From positions 160,358 to 224,357 of the forward strand of contig CAVTPT010000002.1 of assembly GCA_963736675.1 (NCBI GenBank): a stretch of DNA of 64,000 bases, in the 5' to 3' direction. This DNA is from an uncultured Bacteroidales bacterium (GTDB lineage Bacteria; Bacteroidota; Bacteroidia; Bacteroidales; VadinHA17). Below are positions 8,557 to 16,354 of this stretch, one piece after another. Below the pieces are notes generated by a model. That model made no database searches, was not told the DNA's origin, and saw nothing but the letters and a program-made list of their open reading frames with translations. A program made the position numbers and the translations under genes. Every line of letters begins with the position of its first letter. Positions within the stretch are counted from its first letter, which is position 1.

Positions 8557-8976
8557 CTATTCTATGATCCTTATTTCGGAAGTCATTTCAATAACTTTCT
8601 TATAGACAGCGCTCACTCCGCAATATTTATCTTCTGAAAGTTCTATTGCTTTCTGAAGTTTTTCGATGGGCAGATCCTTCCCTTTAAACTCATAAATTAC
8701 GTGCATTTTCACAAACCGTTTTGGATAATCATCTGTGAGATAGCCTTCAACATTTACATTGAATTTCTCAATATCTACCTTCATTTTTTTCAGTATTGAT
8801 ACGACATCCATTCCGGTACAACCGGCCAGTGCAAGCAGCATTAAGGGTTTAGGTCTGGCTCCGCGATTTTCGCCTCCGAAATCGCTGCTTGCATCAATAA
8901 CTATTTTATGGCCGCTTACTTCTCCTTCAAAAGCCATATTACCCAGCCAGCTTGTTGTTACAATTTCCTTATTCAT
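8557..8976 (-). CDS. OsmC/Ohr family peroxiredoxin-like protein
   Basis: 139-aa ORF. PKPLMLLALAGCTGMDV and KYCGVS motifs give the two conserved Cys of the OsmC family. Confidence 0.8.
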   Translation of the reverse strand: MNKEIVTTSWLGNMAFEGEVSGHKIVIDASSDFGGENRGARPKPLMLLALAGCTGMDVVSILKKMKVDIEKFNVNVEGYLTDDYPKRFVKMHVIYEFKGKDLPIEKLQKAIELSEDKYCGVSAVYKKVIEMTSEIRIIE

Positions 8977-9223
8977 GACAGTAACATATTTAATGGTTTA
9001 ACAGTGAAAGAATATCGTTGCTTAAAGTTAAACTATGTTTTCAAATTCGTCAGCGTGACAGATACAATCTCTTGCATAAGTACTCCAGAAGGTTTAAAAT
9101 TCTCTTTCCGTGGGGGCATTCCGATTCGCAATGATCTAAATATTGGGCATCAGAAAAATTCTTAAAATTGAATTTAATAGAGTAAAAGTAATCTTTAAGT
9201 GTCCAAAAGTTCAATTATTAAGG

Positions 9224-9231
9224 TATTTTTG
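9224..9231 (+). promoter_or_regulatory. candidate Bacteroidota -7 promoter box (TATTTTTG) for tRNA-Lys
   Basis: Exact match to TAnnTTTG, 18 nt upstream of the tRNA 5' end. Confidence 0.35.
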
Positions 9232-9248
9232 TACTTCCAAAATTATTT

Positions 9249-9321
9249 CGGCCCGTAGCTCAGCTGGCAGAGCACGTGACTCTTAATCATGGGGTCGAGG
9301 GTTCGATTCCCTCCGGGCCGA
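9249..9321 (+). tRNA. tRNA-Lys (anticodon CTT)
   Basis: Hand-folded cloverleaf. Acceptor cggcccg/cgggccg, D-arm gctc/gagc, anticodon stem cgtga/tcatg with loop ctCTTaa, T-arm gaggg-ttcgatt-ccctc, discriminator A. Confidence 0.9.
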
Positions 9322-9324
9322 CAA

Positions 9325-9349
9325 AACCTGAGATTTTTCAGGTTTTTTT
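9325..9349 (+). terminator. rho-independent terminator after tRNA-Lys
   Basis: aacctga-gatttt-tcaggtt hairpin followed by a T-run. Confidence 0.75.
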
Positions 9350-9758
9350 ATTGCTTATAATCACGCTAATTATCACAGTGTGGTTCGACTCTTTTCCGGG
9401 GTTACCACGCGCAATGGAAAATGAGTTAGTTAACATCAATAAATTAAGAGAATTAGTGAAATGTGACTTTAGTAAGTTTCTGGAAGTATAGGTTAGATGT
9501 TCTTAATTTATCTTATTTTTCTTTACTTTCTTTTGCTTCTCCAAAAGAAAGTAACAAAGTAAAGGAGCCCGGAAAAACCAACCCCACCCTTTTTTACGCC
9601 CGCTACACGTGGCTTCCCGCTACAAAAAAGGGTGTGGTTCGCACCTTTTCCGGTTTTACCCCCCGCATTACAAAATGATTTAGTTTACATCAACAAATGT
9701 GGTATCTATGAAATTCTTAAAGCCCTGGATATCTAACTTTTGTCTTTTGTCTTTCTTC

Positions 9759-9848
9759 GCCTCACCCCTTCCCGCGTTCGCGGGATTGAGTCGCTTCGCT
9801 CCTCAACACGCCTCAAGCCTCACGCCTTTTTCAGCCTCACGGCTTCTT
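9759..9848. repeat. REP-like element copy (core CCTTCCCGCGTTCGCGGGATTGAGTCGCTTCGCTCCTCAAC + CCTCACGCC-rich tail)
   Basis: Shares its core and tail with the copies at 11434, 11827, 13592 and 46050-46171 (the last in reverse orientation). Abuts the stop of the 9848-11149 gene. Confidence 0.7.
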
Positions 9849-11149
9849 CATTTAAATGTCACAAACATCAATACAGTATTATCAAAGTCATTTAGTTTAT
9901 CAGCCAGTTCTTCCAATTGTTTCTTTTTTTCAGGGAATTTTGGAGTATTGTTCTTAAAATCATCACTTGCAACATGTGCCTTAAGTTCATTTGCCGGCAC
10001 CCACATAACCATTGTTGAATCGTTGACCATTTTATCTGGCCTGAACCTTGGCCCGGCATCAATATCATTATAAAGACCGGTTGTAAACATAAAATTATCT
10101 GTGCTGGTTGGTTTACTGAATACAAAATCACCGGTTTTTTTATTATACACACCCAATACATTTGTTGTACTATACCAGATTTTATATCCTCCGGGCAGAG
10201 GGGCAAATGGCGTAAGCCTTTTTGCGGGAAAACGACTCCCAAAAGAACAATCAACAAAAAGATAATCATCAGTTTGATTAACTGCTTTAACAAAAAAATA
10301 ATCCATCCGGTAATTTTCCATTTTTTTTGACCTTTCAGAATCAGGCAATTTAAATTTACCAAGATTCAGGACATACTTTGGAATTAATTCATACTTATGA
10401 TTTAAAATGAATAAAGTGTCATTAAAGATTTCTTTGAAATAAAACTCGTTATTATATGTGTGAAAACACGCATCAAAAGTTGTAACCTTTACACTTCCGG
10501 TATTTGTAACGAATTTAATATAATTTACATATTTATGTTTTATTTCGCCCGATCGATTAATAATAAGGGCATTGTAATCGACTTGCCCATTAGCATTCGG
10601 AACATACCCTAAAAACAATGAATCATCCACAAGAAAAACCTGATCCATATAATATTGATTATCAACATTAAAAAACCCATTGTTTTTATCTATAAATGTT
10701 CCATCAATAGAATACTCATAAAGATCACCAAGCTGTTTTAAAAAGATTTTTCTATCTTTTGTTATCCCAATAATATAAGCTAATTGATACTCACCAGGAC
10801 CTCTGCCAATACTGCCTATATTTCTTATATATTTTCCGGAAGTATCATATAAAGTCAATATCAGATTTCCATGAATAAGCATATAATTGTCTAAAAAATC
10901 AGCATTATAAATAAATGTAAAAGGCTCACTGCCTTCAGATTGTAACGGCACATAATGTATATTATCTGTAAACTGACTTAAATTAACCACCTCCATTTTA
11001 TCTGCATTTGCTTCAAGATCAATGGAAATAATCTGGTTTCCAGTTTTTATCCCGTTTTTACAACCCAACGTTAAAAGCAAAATAATAAAACTAATATTTA
11101 ATATCCTCATATTAAGTGTGTTAGCTATATTAAAATAATAATTTGGCAT
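9848..11149 (-). CDS. 6-bladed beta-propeller lipoprotein (DUF5128/BF3164-like), paralog 1
   Basis: The lipobox LLLTLGCKN follows the internal Met, so the likely start is 11110. Length, composition and C-terminal motif (...DNTVLMFVTFK) parallel the paralog at 11914-13218. Confidence 0.65.
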   Translation of the reverse strand: MPNYYFNIANTLNMRILNISFIILLLTLGCKNGIKTGNQIISIDLEANADKMEVVNLSQFTDNIHYVPLQSEGSEPFTFIYNADFLDNYMLIHGNLILTLYDTSGKYIRNIGSIGRGPGEYQLAYIIGITKDRKIFLKQLGDLYEYSIDGTFIDKNNGFFNVDNQYYMDQVFLVDDSLFLGYVPNANGQVDYNALIINRSGEIKHKYVNYIKFVTNTGSVKVTTFDACFHTYNNEFYFKEIFNDTLFILNHKYELIPKYVLNLGKFKLPDSERSKKMENYRMDYFFVKAVNQTDDYLFVDCSFGSRFPAKRLTPFAPLPGGYKIWYSTTNVLGVYNKKTGDFVFSKPTSTDNFMFTTGLYNDIDAGPRFRPDKMVNDSTMVMWVPANELKAHVASDDFKNNTPKFPEKKKQLEELADKLNDFDNTVLMFVTFK

Positions 11150-11433
11150 AATAAGCAGAACTTAAATAAGATCGGTCACCCTTATTGATTTATCTTTCGC
11201 ATGTTACTGATTAGTCTCTCTTTTGCCGCAGTAGCAGAAAACGATTAGAAATAAGATCAATATTCCTGTTCTCATTATTAGAAGATTGATTTTTACTCAA
11301 TAACTCGCAGAACTGATCCGTAATTTACGAAGCTTTTTAATAATACGCTTAGGTATTTAGTTGTTTTATTAATTTCTCATGATAAATTATCCGGACATTC
11401 AGGTCCTGGTCTATGAGTTTCTTTACCCTCATA

Positions 11434-11474
11434 CCTTCCCGCATTCGCGGGATTGAGTCACTTCGTTCCTCAAC
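11434..11474. repeat. REP-like element core copy
   Basis: ccttcccgcattcgcgggattgagtcacttcgttcctcaac; hairpin cccgc-attc-gcggg. Confidence 0.7.
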
Positions 11475-11519
11475 TGCCAACTGCTAACTAAATGTACCCT
11501 CATGCCTCACGCCTCCTTT

Positions 11520-11735
11520 CCAAGGTTCCAAGGTTCCGGGGTTCCAATGTTCCAAGGTTCCAAGGTTCCAGGGTTTCAAGGTTCCAGGGTTCCAAGGTTC
11601 CAGGGTTCCAGGGTTCCAAGGTTCCAGGGTTCCAAGGTTCCAGGGTTCCAGGGTTCCAAGGTTCCAGGGTTCCAAGGTTCCAGGGTTCCAGGGTTCCAAG
11701 GTTCCAGGGTTCCAAGGTTCCAGGGTTCCAAGGTT
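11520..11735. repeat. tandem 8-bp repeat array (CCARGGTT) x27, with a 40-bp higher-order pattern
   Basis: Direct reading gives 27 contiguous 8-mers. The A/G position follows a repeating g-a-g-g-a pattern. The ORFs translated from it (GTLEPWN..., FQGSKVP...) are artefacts. Confidence 0.95.
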
Positions 11736-11751
11736 ATTCATATACAAGTAG

Positions 11752-11785
11752 TTCTTCAACTCTGGAACTCTGGAACTCTGGAACT
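11752..11785. repeat. inverted partner array (CTGGAACT) x3 of the 8-bp repeat, after the 16-nt spacer attcatatacaagtag
   Basis: The reverse complement AGTTCCAG matches the GGTTCCAG register of the left array at 7 of 8 positions. The same architecture occurs at 13405-13550. Confidence 0.85.
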
Positions 11786-11810
11786 TTACTGTCAACTACC
11801 AACTATATGT

Positions 11811-11909
11811 ACACTCACTCCTCACGCCTTCCCGAGTTCTCGGGATTAAGTCGCTTCACTCCTCAACACGCCTCATGCCTCACGCCTTTTTCAGCCTCAC
11901 TCCTTCTTG
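11811..11909. repeat. REP-like element copy (CCTTCCCGAGTTCTCGGGATTAAGTCGCTTCACTCCTCAAC + tail)
   Basis: Near-identical to the 13581-13680 copy. Its hairpin is cccga-gttc-tcggg. Abuts the stop of the 11914-13218 gene. Confidence 0.75.
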
Positions 11910-11913
11910 AAAG

Positions 11914-13218
11914 TTATTCTTTGGGGGTTACCATTACGAGAACCGGATTATCAGTCTCTTTAAGGGACCCGGCAAGTTTTTTGAGCTCGTCTTTCTTTTT
12001 TGGATCCTTCACCCTGGCTTTCTTAAAATCTTCGCTGGAAACATATTTTTTTAGTGTGTTAACATCACTAAATGAAAAGAATTTGCCATCACTACAATAT
12101 AAATTCCAAAAATCTATTCTCATACTGAAATCAGGGCCACCACTCAAATCATCTTTTAGTATATTCTTTGGTATTTTAACAGGAATACCGGCTATAGTCT
12201 CAGAGATCATTTCAACATCCAGTTTATATTTCCTATTTGTCCTTTTGTCGAAGAACATGTTTTTTATTGGAATACTACTATTTCGTGTTTTTTTTGTACC
12301 ATATGAATAGAAAACATACCGTGTTGTCTCAAATATGTCAACAATAAAGCTTGTATGATCGTATGGTATATCCGGGTTGCCTCTCATTTCGGGTGTGAAT
12401 AGAGTCCCATGTGTATTAAAAATCATTCGTGGTTTAAAAAAATTGTCTTTTGTCCCGACACAGAAAACAGTATCACTGAATTTTTCCATAAAGCAAACCA
12501 TATTACTAACGGAATAAACAAGCATATCATTTAATGCCTGGGAATTTCTTCCGCTAACCTTCTTGTACTTATAACAATTTGGTTTAAAATGAATTGTATC
12601 ACCTACGACATTTATCAATAAACTTAAAGTCGGCTCGGTCCCTCTCCATGGTGGTATTGCTAAAAATGCATTGTCTGTGGCAGGAACCATACTTACTCTC
12701 CATGGAGCTGGGTCTTTTAATGCTATTGATCTCTGGAAAGTAAACCCCGTATCAGAAATCTCATATACCAATAATTTGCGATTTAAGCTTGAAAGGATTG
12801 TCAGAATTTTATTATCAGAACTGACAGCAAAATCAGTAATGAACGAGTATTCTTCCGGACCTCTTCCTCTATTCTGAAGCTTAAATAGAAATTTGCCATC
12901 AATATCGAAGCACATTATCACACTCCCAAGCCCCCCACTGGTTTCAATATAAAATCTTTTACCTATGCTAATAAATTTCTGTATATTACTGCCTATCAAT
13001 GCGTTCTGCGATGTCTGTAATGGTATATACTCAACATTTGTAGCAATCTCAGATAAATTTTTAATTATGGTCTCCGTTTCTGAAAGTAGGTCGATTCCAA
13101 GAACCTGATCGATATTAGTTTGTTCATTAGTATTTGTCCTTCCACAGGAGCAAAGGAAGATTAGAAGAATGGGTAATATTGTTATTTTCATGATTACAAA
13201 ATTGATCTTCAACATCAT
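11914..13218 (-). CDS. 6-bladed beta-propeller lipoprotein (DUF5128/BF3164-like), paralog 2
   Basis: Lipobox LIFLCSCGR; the likely start is the internal MKITIL near 13191. Colinear similarity to paralog 1 (e.g. GRGPEEY vs GRGPGEY; the C-terminal ...DNPVLVMVTPKE). Confidence 0.65.
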   Translation of the reverse strand: MMLKINFVIMKITILPILLIFLCSCGRTNTNEQTNIDQVLGIDLLSETETIIKNLSEIATNVEYIPLQTSQNALIGSNIQKFISIGKRFYIETSGGLGSVIMCFDIDGKFLFKLQNRGRGPEEYSFITDFAVSSDNKILTILSSLNRKLLVYEISDTGFTFQRSIALKDPAPWRVSMVPATDNAFLAIPPWRGTEPTLSLLINVVGDTIHFKPNCYKYKKVSGRNSQALNDMLVYSVSNMVCFMEKFSDTVFCVGTKDNFFKPRMIFNTHGTLFTPEMRGNPDIPYDHTSFIVDIFETTRYVFYSYGTKKTRNSSIPIKNMFFDKRTNRKYKLDVEMISETIAGIPVKIPKNILKDDLSGGPDFSMRIDFWNLYCSDGKFFSFSDVNTLKKYVSSEDFKKARVKDPKKKDELKKLAGSLKETDNPVLVMVTPKE

Positions 13219-13404
13219 TTCGCAGAAATGATCTGTAATTTACGAAGTTTTTTAATAATATGCTTAATTATTTAGTTGTTTCTATTACCAAAAGCAGTAC
13301 CTCATTTTACCTTTCGCAGAATTGAGTCACTTCGTAGCTAAAACTACCTACTTTCCAACTGCCTCCTGCCTACTATATGTACCCTCACTCCTAACGCCTC
13401 CTTT

Positions 13405-13550
13405 TAAAGGTTCCAAGGTTCCAAGGTTCCAGGGTTCCAAGGTTATTCATATACAAGTAGGTTTTCAACTTTGGAACTCTGAAACTCTGGAACTCTGGAA
13501 CTCTGAAACTCTGGAACTCTGGAACTCTGGAACCCTGGAACTCTGGAACT
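13405..13550. repeat. second copy of the inverted 8-bp repeat structure: (CCARGGTT) x5, 16-nt spacer, (CTGRAACT) x10
   Basis: The spacer attcatatacaagtag (13445-13460) is identical to 11736-11751. Arm copy numbers differ from locus 1 (27 and 3 there, 5 and 10 here). Confidence 0.9.
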
Positions 13551-13591
13551 TTACTGCCAACTACCAACTATATGTACACTCACTCCTCACG

Positions 13592-13700
13592 CCTTCCCGA
13601 GTTCTCGGGATTAAGTCGCTTCGCTCCTCAACACGCCTCATGCCTCACGCCTTTTTCAGCCTCACGCCTTCTTCCGCCGAAGCTTCGGCGAAGGTGGGAT
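13592..13700. repeat. REP-like element copy followed by a 14-bp perfect palindrome GCCGAAGCTTCGGC
   Basis: Core ccttcccgagttctcgggattaagtcgcttcgctcctcaac, then the CCTCACGCC tail, then an extended hairpin around gccgaagcttcggc. Confidence 0.75.
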
Positions 13701-13769
13701 GCCTTTTATTACTTTTTAAAAAAAGTTTTGATTTCTGGGAATTATTTCGTAATTTTATTTTTTATTAAA

Positions 13770-14158
13770 TGAGAATCATTATTACTTAATAATGATTATT
13801 ACCTGATTTTGATTCTCAGATAATAATAGTTCTTAAATAATAACGATTATCAAACAGTAATGATCCCTGGCAGGGACCTATTATCAAATAGTAATGATTC
13901 TCAAATAACAATAGTTCTTATATAGTAAGATTTATCAAACAGTAAAGATCCCTGGAAAGGACCGATTATCAAATAGTAATGATTCTCAAATAACAATAGT
14001 TCTTATATAGTAAGATTTATCAGACAGAAATGACCACAGGGAGGGACCGATTATCAAATAGTAATGATTCTCAGATAACAATAGTTCTTATATAGTAATA
14101 TTTATCAGATAGTAACGATTATCAAATAACAACAATTCCTAAATAGTAATGATTATTA
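13770..14158. promoter_or_regulatory. array of Fur-family 7-1-7-type boxes upstream of the Fur/PerR-family gene
   Basis: TGAGAATCATTATTA at 13770-13784. TAGTAATGATTCTCA at 13889-13903, 13974-13988 and 14059-14073, and TAGTAATGATTATTA at 14144-14158 (reverse complements TGAGAATCATTACTA and TAATAATCATTACTA). Each matches TGATAATnATTATCA with 2-4 mismatches. At least 11 ATTATCA[AG]A / ATTTATCA[AG]A motifs occur through 14280. Confidence 0.55.
13796..14135. repeat. 85-bp tandem repeat, about 4 copies (AT-rich, each copy with a GC-containing mini-palindrome tccctg-g-caggga or a degenerate form)
   Basis: The anchor ttatcaaatagtaatgattctca recurs at 13881, 13966 and 14051, an exact 85-bp period. 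The flanking copies are diverged. Confidence 0.85.
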
Positions 14159-14308
14159 AATAATAACTATTCTTAAATAATAACGATTATCAAATAGTAA
14201 CTATTTACCCTTAATTTCAATTAGCTAACATTAACAATTATCAAACATTACCGATTTTCAAACAAATTCCATTATCAAATATTTTCCCTACCCCGACAAC
14301 AAGTACCC

Positions 14309-14737
14309 ATGGCAAACAAAACAGTGATCCGGATCCTGACAGAAAATAAACTCAAAGTAACTCCCCAGAGAGCGGCTATCCTCGAAGTATTACTCAGCCT
14401 GAAAAACCACCCCACAGCAGAAGATATTATTAACTACCTGCGAATTAGTTACCCCGCTATATCCCTAGCTACCGTCTACAAAAGCCTCGACCTGTTCGTC
14501 TCAAAAAGAATTATTGAAAAAATAAATACCTCCGGCGATATCATGAGATACGATACCTTCAAGGATCCACACCACCATCTTTATTGCTCCGACTCCGACC
14601 AGATAAGCGATTTCTACGATGAGAAAATCAATGAGATCCTAGAAAACCATTTCAGTAAAAACCCAATACCCGGTTTCAACATTGAAGATATTAAACTTCA
14701 GATCATCGGCAGATTTAAGGATAAACAAACCAAATAA
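14309..14737 (+). CDS. Fur family transcriptional regulator (PerR-like by context)
   Basis: LKVTPQRAAILEVL winged-helix start and HHHLYC metal-site motif. Followed by ferritin-like and peroxiredoxin genes. Confidence 0.85.
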   Translation: MANKTVIRILTENKLKVTPQRAAILEVLLSLKNHPTAEDIINYLRISYPAISLATVYKSLDLFVSKRIIEKINTSGDIMRYDTFKDPHHHLYCSDSDQISDFYDEKINEILENHFSKNPIPGFNIEDIKLQIIGRFKDKQTK

Positions 14738-14743
14738 TTGTCT

Positions 14744-14790
14744 TGAACCCACATGTTTTATTAAATATAAACAAGAATGAAATCAGTTAC
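14744..14790. repeat. degenerate copy (D) of the TGAAAC...GTTAC hairpin element
   Basis: tgaacccacatgt ... cagttac retains the 5' arm and the terminal GTTAC but lacks the 3' acatgtggg arm. Confidence 0.3.
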
Positions 14791-14937
14791 CCCCAAAAGG
14801 TGGCCCACCCCCCACCTTCAGGATATTCAGTGCACCCATTGAAAAAAACCCATTTTTAAACACTTAACCAGAATGATATTAATCCTGACATAACAACCTG
14901 AATTCAAATTTTATGTTTAACAATAAAAAAATCTATT

Positions 14938-15438
14938 ATGGCTGAAATTGGAAGATCAATCGTTAAAATGGATGTTGATGAATTACTCAACTTATTAAAC
15001 AAAGCTCTGGCCGACGAATGGCTGGCTTATTATCAATACTGGATCGGGGCTAAAGTTGTCAAGGGACCTATGAAAGATGCTGTCATCAGCGAACTTGTAC
15101 TCCATGCTACCGAAGAACTGACCCATGCCGAATTACTGGCAGGCCGTATTGTCCAACTCGGAGGTACCCCGGTAATCTCCCCCGATGAATGGTCGAAAAT
15201 TACTAACTGCGGCTATGATGCACCCTCCGATCCATACGTGGAAGTGGTTCTCGATCAGAATATTAAAGGAGAACAGTGCGCTATCAGGACATACAGCAAA
15301 CTACTTGATGTTACACGTGAAGCCGACCCGGTGACTTATAATATTATCCTCCGGATTATAACCGACGAAGTTGAACATGAGGAGGACCTTGCAGCACTTA
15401 AGGAGGATCTTGAACTGATGCTTGCCAGAAGAAGATAA
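14938..15438 (+). CDS. ferritin-like, Dps-like (DPSL/bacterioferritin-related) protein
   Basis: Four-helix ferritin di-iron ligand pattern (E...ELTHAE ... EVEHEED). Two Cys are spaced 23 residues apart (TNCGY...EQCAI), as in DPSL-type proteins. Confidence 0.65.
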   Translation: MAEIGRSIVKMDVDELLNLLNKALADEWLAYYQYWIGAKVVKGPMKDAVISELVLHATEELTHAELLAGRIVQLGGTPVISPDEWSKITNCGYDAPSDPYVEVVLDQNIKGEQCAIRTYSKLLDVTREADPVTYNIILRIITDEVEHEEDLAALKEDLELMLARRR

Positions 15439-15508
15439 ACTTTCACATAGTTTATTCCAATCAAACCATTAATTATGAATCAATAATTATTAACTAATAT
15501 TTAAAATA

Positions 15509-16213
15509 ATGGAAGAAAAAACTTATTCAATGCCACGTATCGGCGAAAAAGCACCTGAATTTAAAGCAGTTACCACACAGGGCAATATAAATTTCCCATC
15601 CGATTACCAAGGAAACTGGGTAATCTTGTTTAGCCATCCTGCCGATTTTACTCCGGTATGCACCTCAGAATTCATGACTTTTGCCAGCATGGAAAAAAAA
15701 TTCAATGATGCAAACTGCAAGCTTGTCGGACTCTCTGTCGACGGACTCTATAGCCATATCGCCTGGCTGAGGACCATTAAAGAAAAAATTGAGTACAAAG
15801 GGATGAAGAATGTTGAAGTTAATTTCCCCCTTATCGAAGATATTACAATGGAGGTGGCTAAAACCTACGGTATGCTTCAACCCGGTGAAAGTTCAACAAA
15901 AGCCGTCAGAGCAGTATTCTTCATTGACCCCAAAGGGATTATCCGTGCAATCATTTATTATCCCCTCAGCCTCGGCCGAAACTTTGATGAGCTCTACCGC
16001 GTGATCATAGGATTACAGACCGCCGATGCATTTTCAGTTGCTCTGCCTGCCGACTGGCAGCCCGGAGACGATGTAATTGTACCTACGGCAGGCTCATGCG
16101 GAACTGCAAAGGAAAGAATGGAAAGTAAGGGCGAAATGACATGCTACGACTGGTTCTTCTGCACAAAGAAACTCGATAAAGAGCTGGTGCTGAAAACTGT
16201 TCTGAAAAAATAA
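15509..16213 (+). CDS. peroxiredoxin (Prx6/1-Cys-type, PVCTSE motif)
   Basis: FSHPADFTPVCTSEF active-site motif. The 234-aa length is typical of Prx6-like enzymes. Confidence 0.9.
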   Translation: MEEKTYSMPRIGEKAPEFKAVTTQGNINFPSDYQGNWVILFSHPADFTPVCTSEFMTFASMEKKFNDANCKLVGLSVDGLYSHIAWLRTIKEKIEYKGMKNVEVNFPLIEDITMEVAKTYGMLQPGESSTKAVRAVFFIDPKGIIRAIIYYPLSLGRNFDELYRVIIGLQTADAFSVALPADWQPGDDVIVPTAGSCGTAKERMESKGEMTCYDWFFCTKKLDKELVLKTVLKK

Positions 16214-16354
16214 TACACTTTGCTTTATTTACTGACTCTGTGTTCCTCTGCGTTAATTACCGCTACTCTTCGTTAATAACTGCTAATTATAATTTTACAC
16301 TGAGAAATTCCACGGATAAAGCCAGAGAGACACAGAGTTTATACACTATAAAAA

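Noticed and set aside
9378-9708. Two sequences (9378-9450 and 9631-9708) that begin GGTTCGA.. and loosely resemble the T-arm/acceptor 3' end of the adjacent tRNA-Lys; possible att remnants of an integrated element
   Set aside because: Only about 60% identity over about 23 nt, with a gap. No integrase gene is nearby. The two copies are better explained as another local repeat family.
9276-10073. Small ORFs 9276-9491, 9463-9678 and 9699-10073
   Set aside because: The first starts inside the tRNA-Lys gene. All three run through intergenic repeats or antisense to the beta-propeller gene and have no recognisable motifs.
11484-12310. ORFs 11484-11795(-), 11492-12310(+), 11500-11715(-) and 11502-11849(+), translating to GTLEPWN... 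/ FQGSKVP... repeats
   Set aside because: They are read through the 8-bp tandem repeat array in several frames and on both strands at once, which is a hallmark of repeat artefacts. The 272-aa ORF also runs antisense into the beta-propeller gene.
13322-13772. ORFs 13322-13768 and 13572-13772 in the second repeat locus
   Set aside because: Same cause: they are translations of the 8-bp arrays and the REP-like element, with no coding signal.
11520-14135. Possibility that the 8-bp, 61-bp or 85-bp repeats form a CRISPR array
   Set aside because: The repeats are directly adjacent with no unique spacers. The unit sizes and AT-rich Fur-box content do not fit CRISPR repeats, and there are no cas genes in the window.
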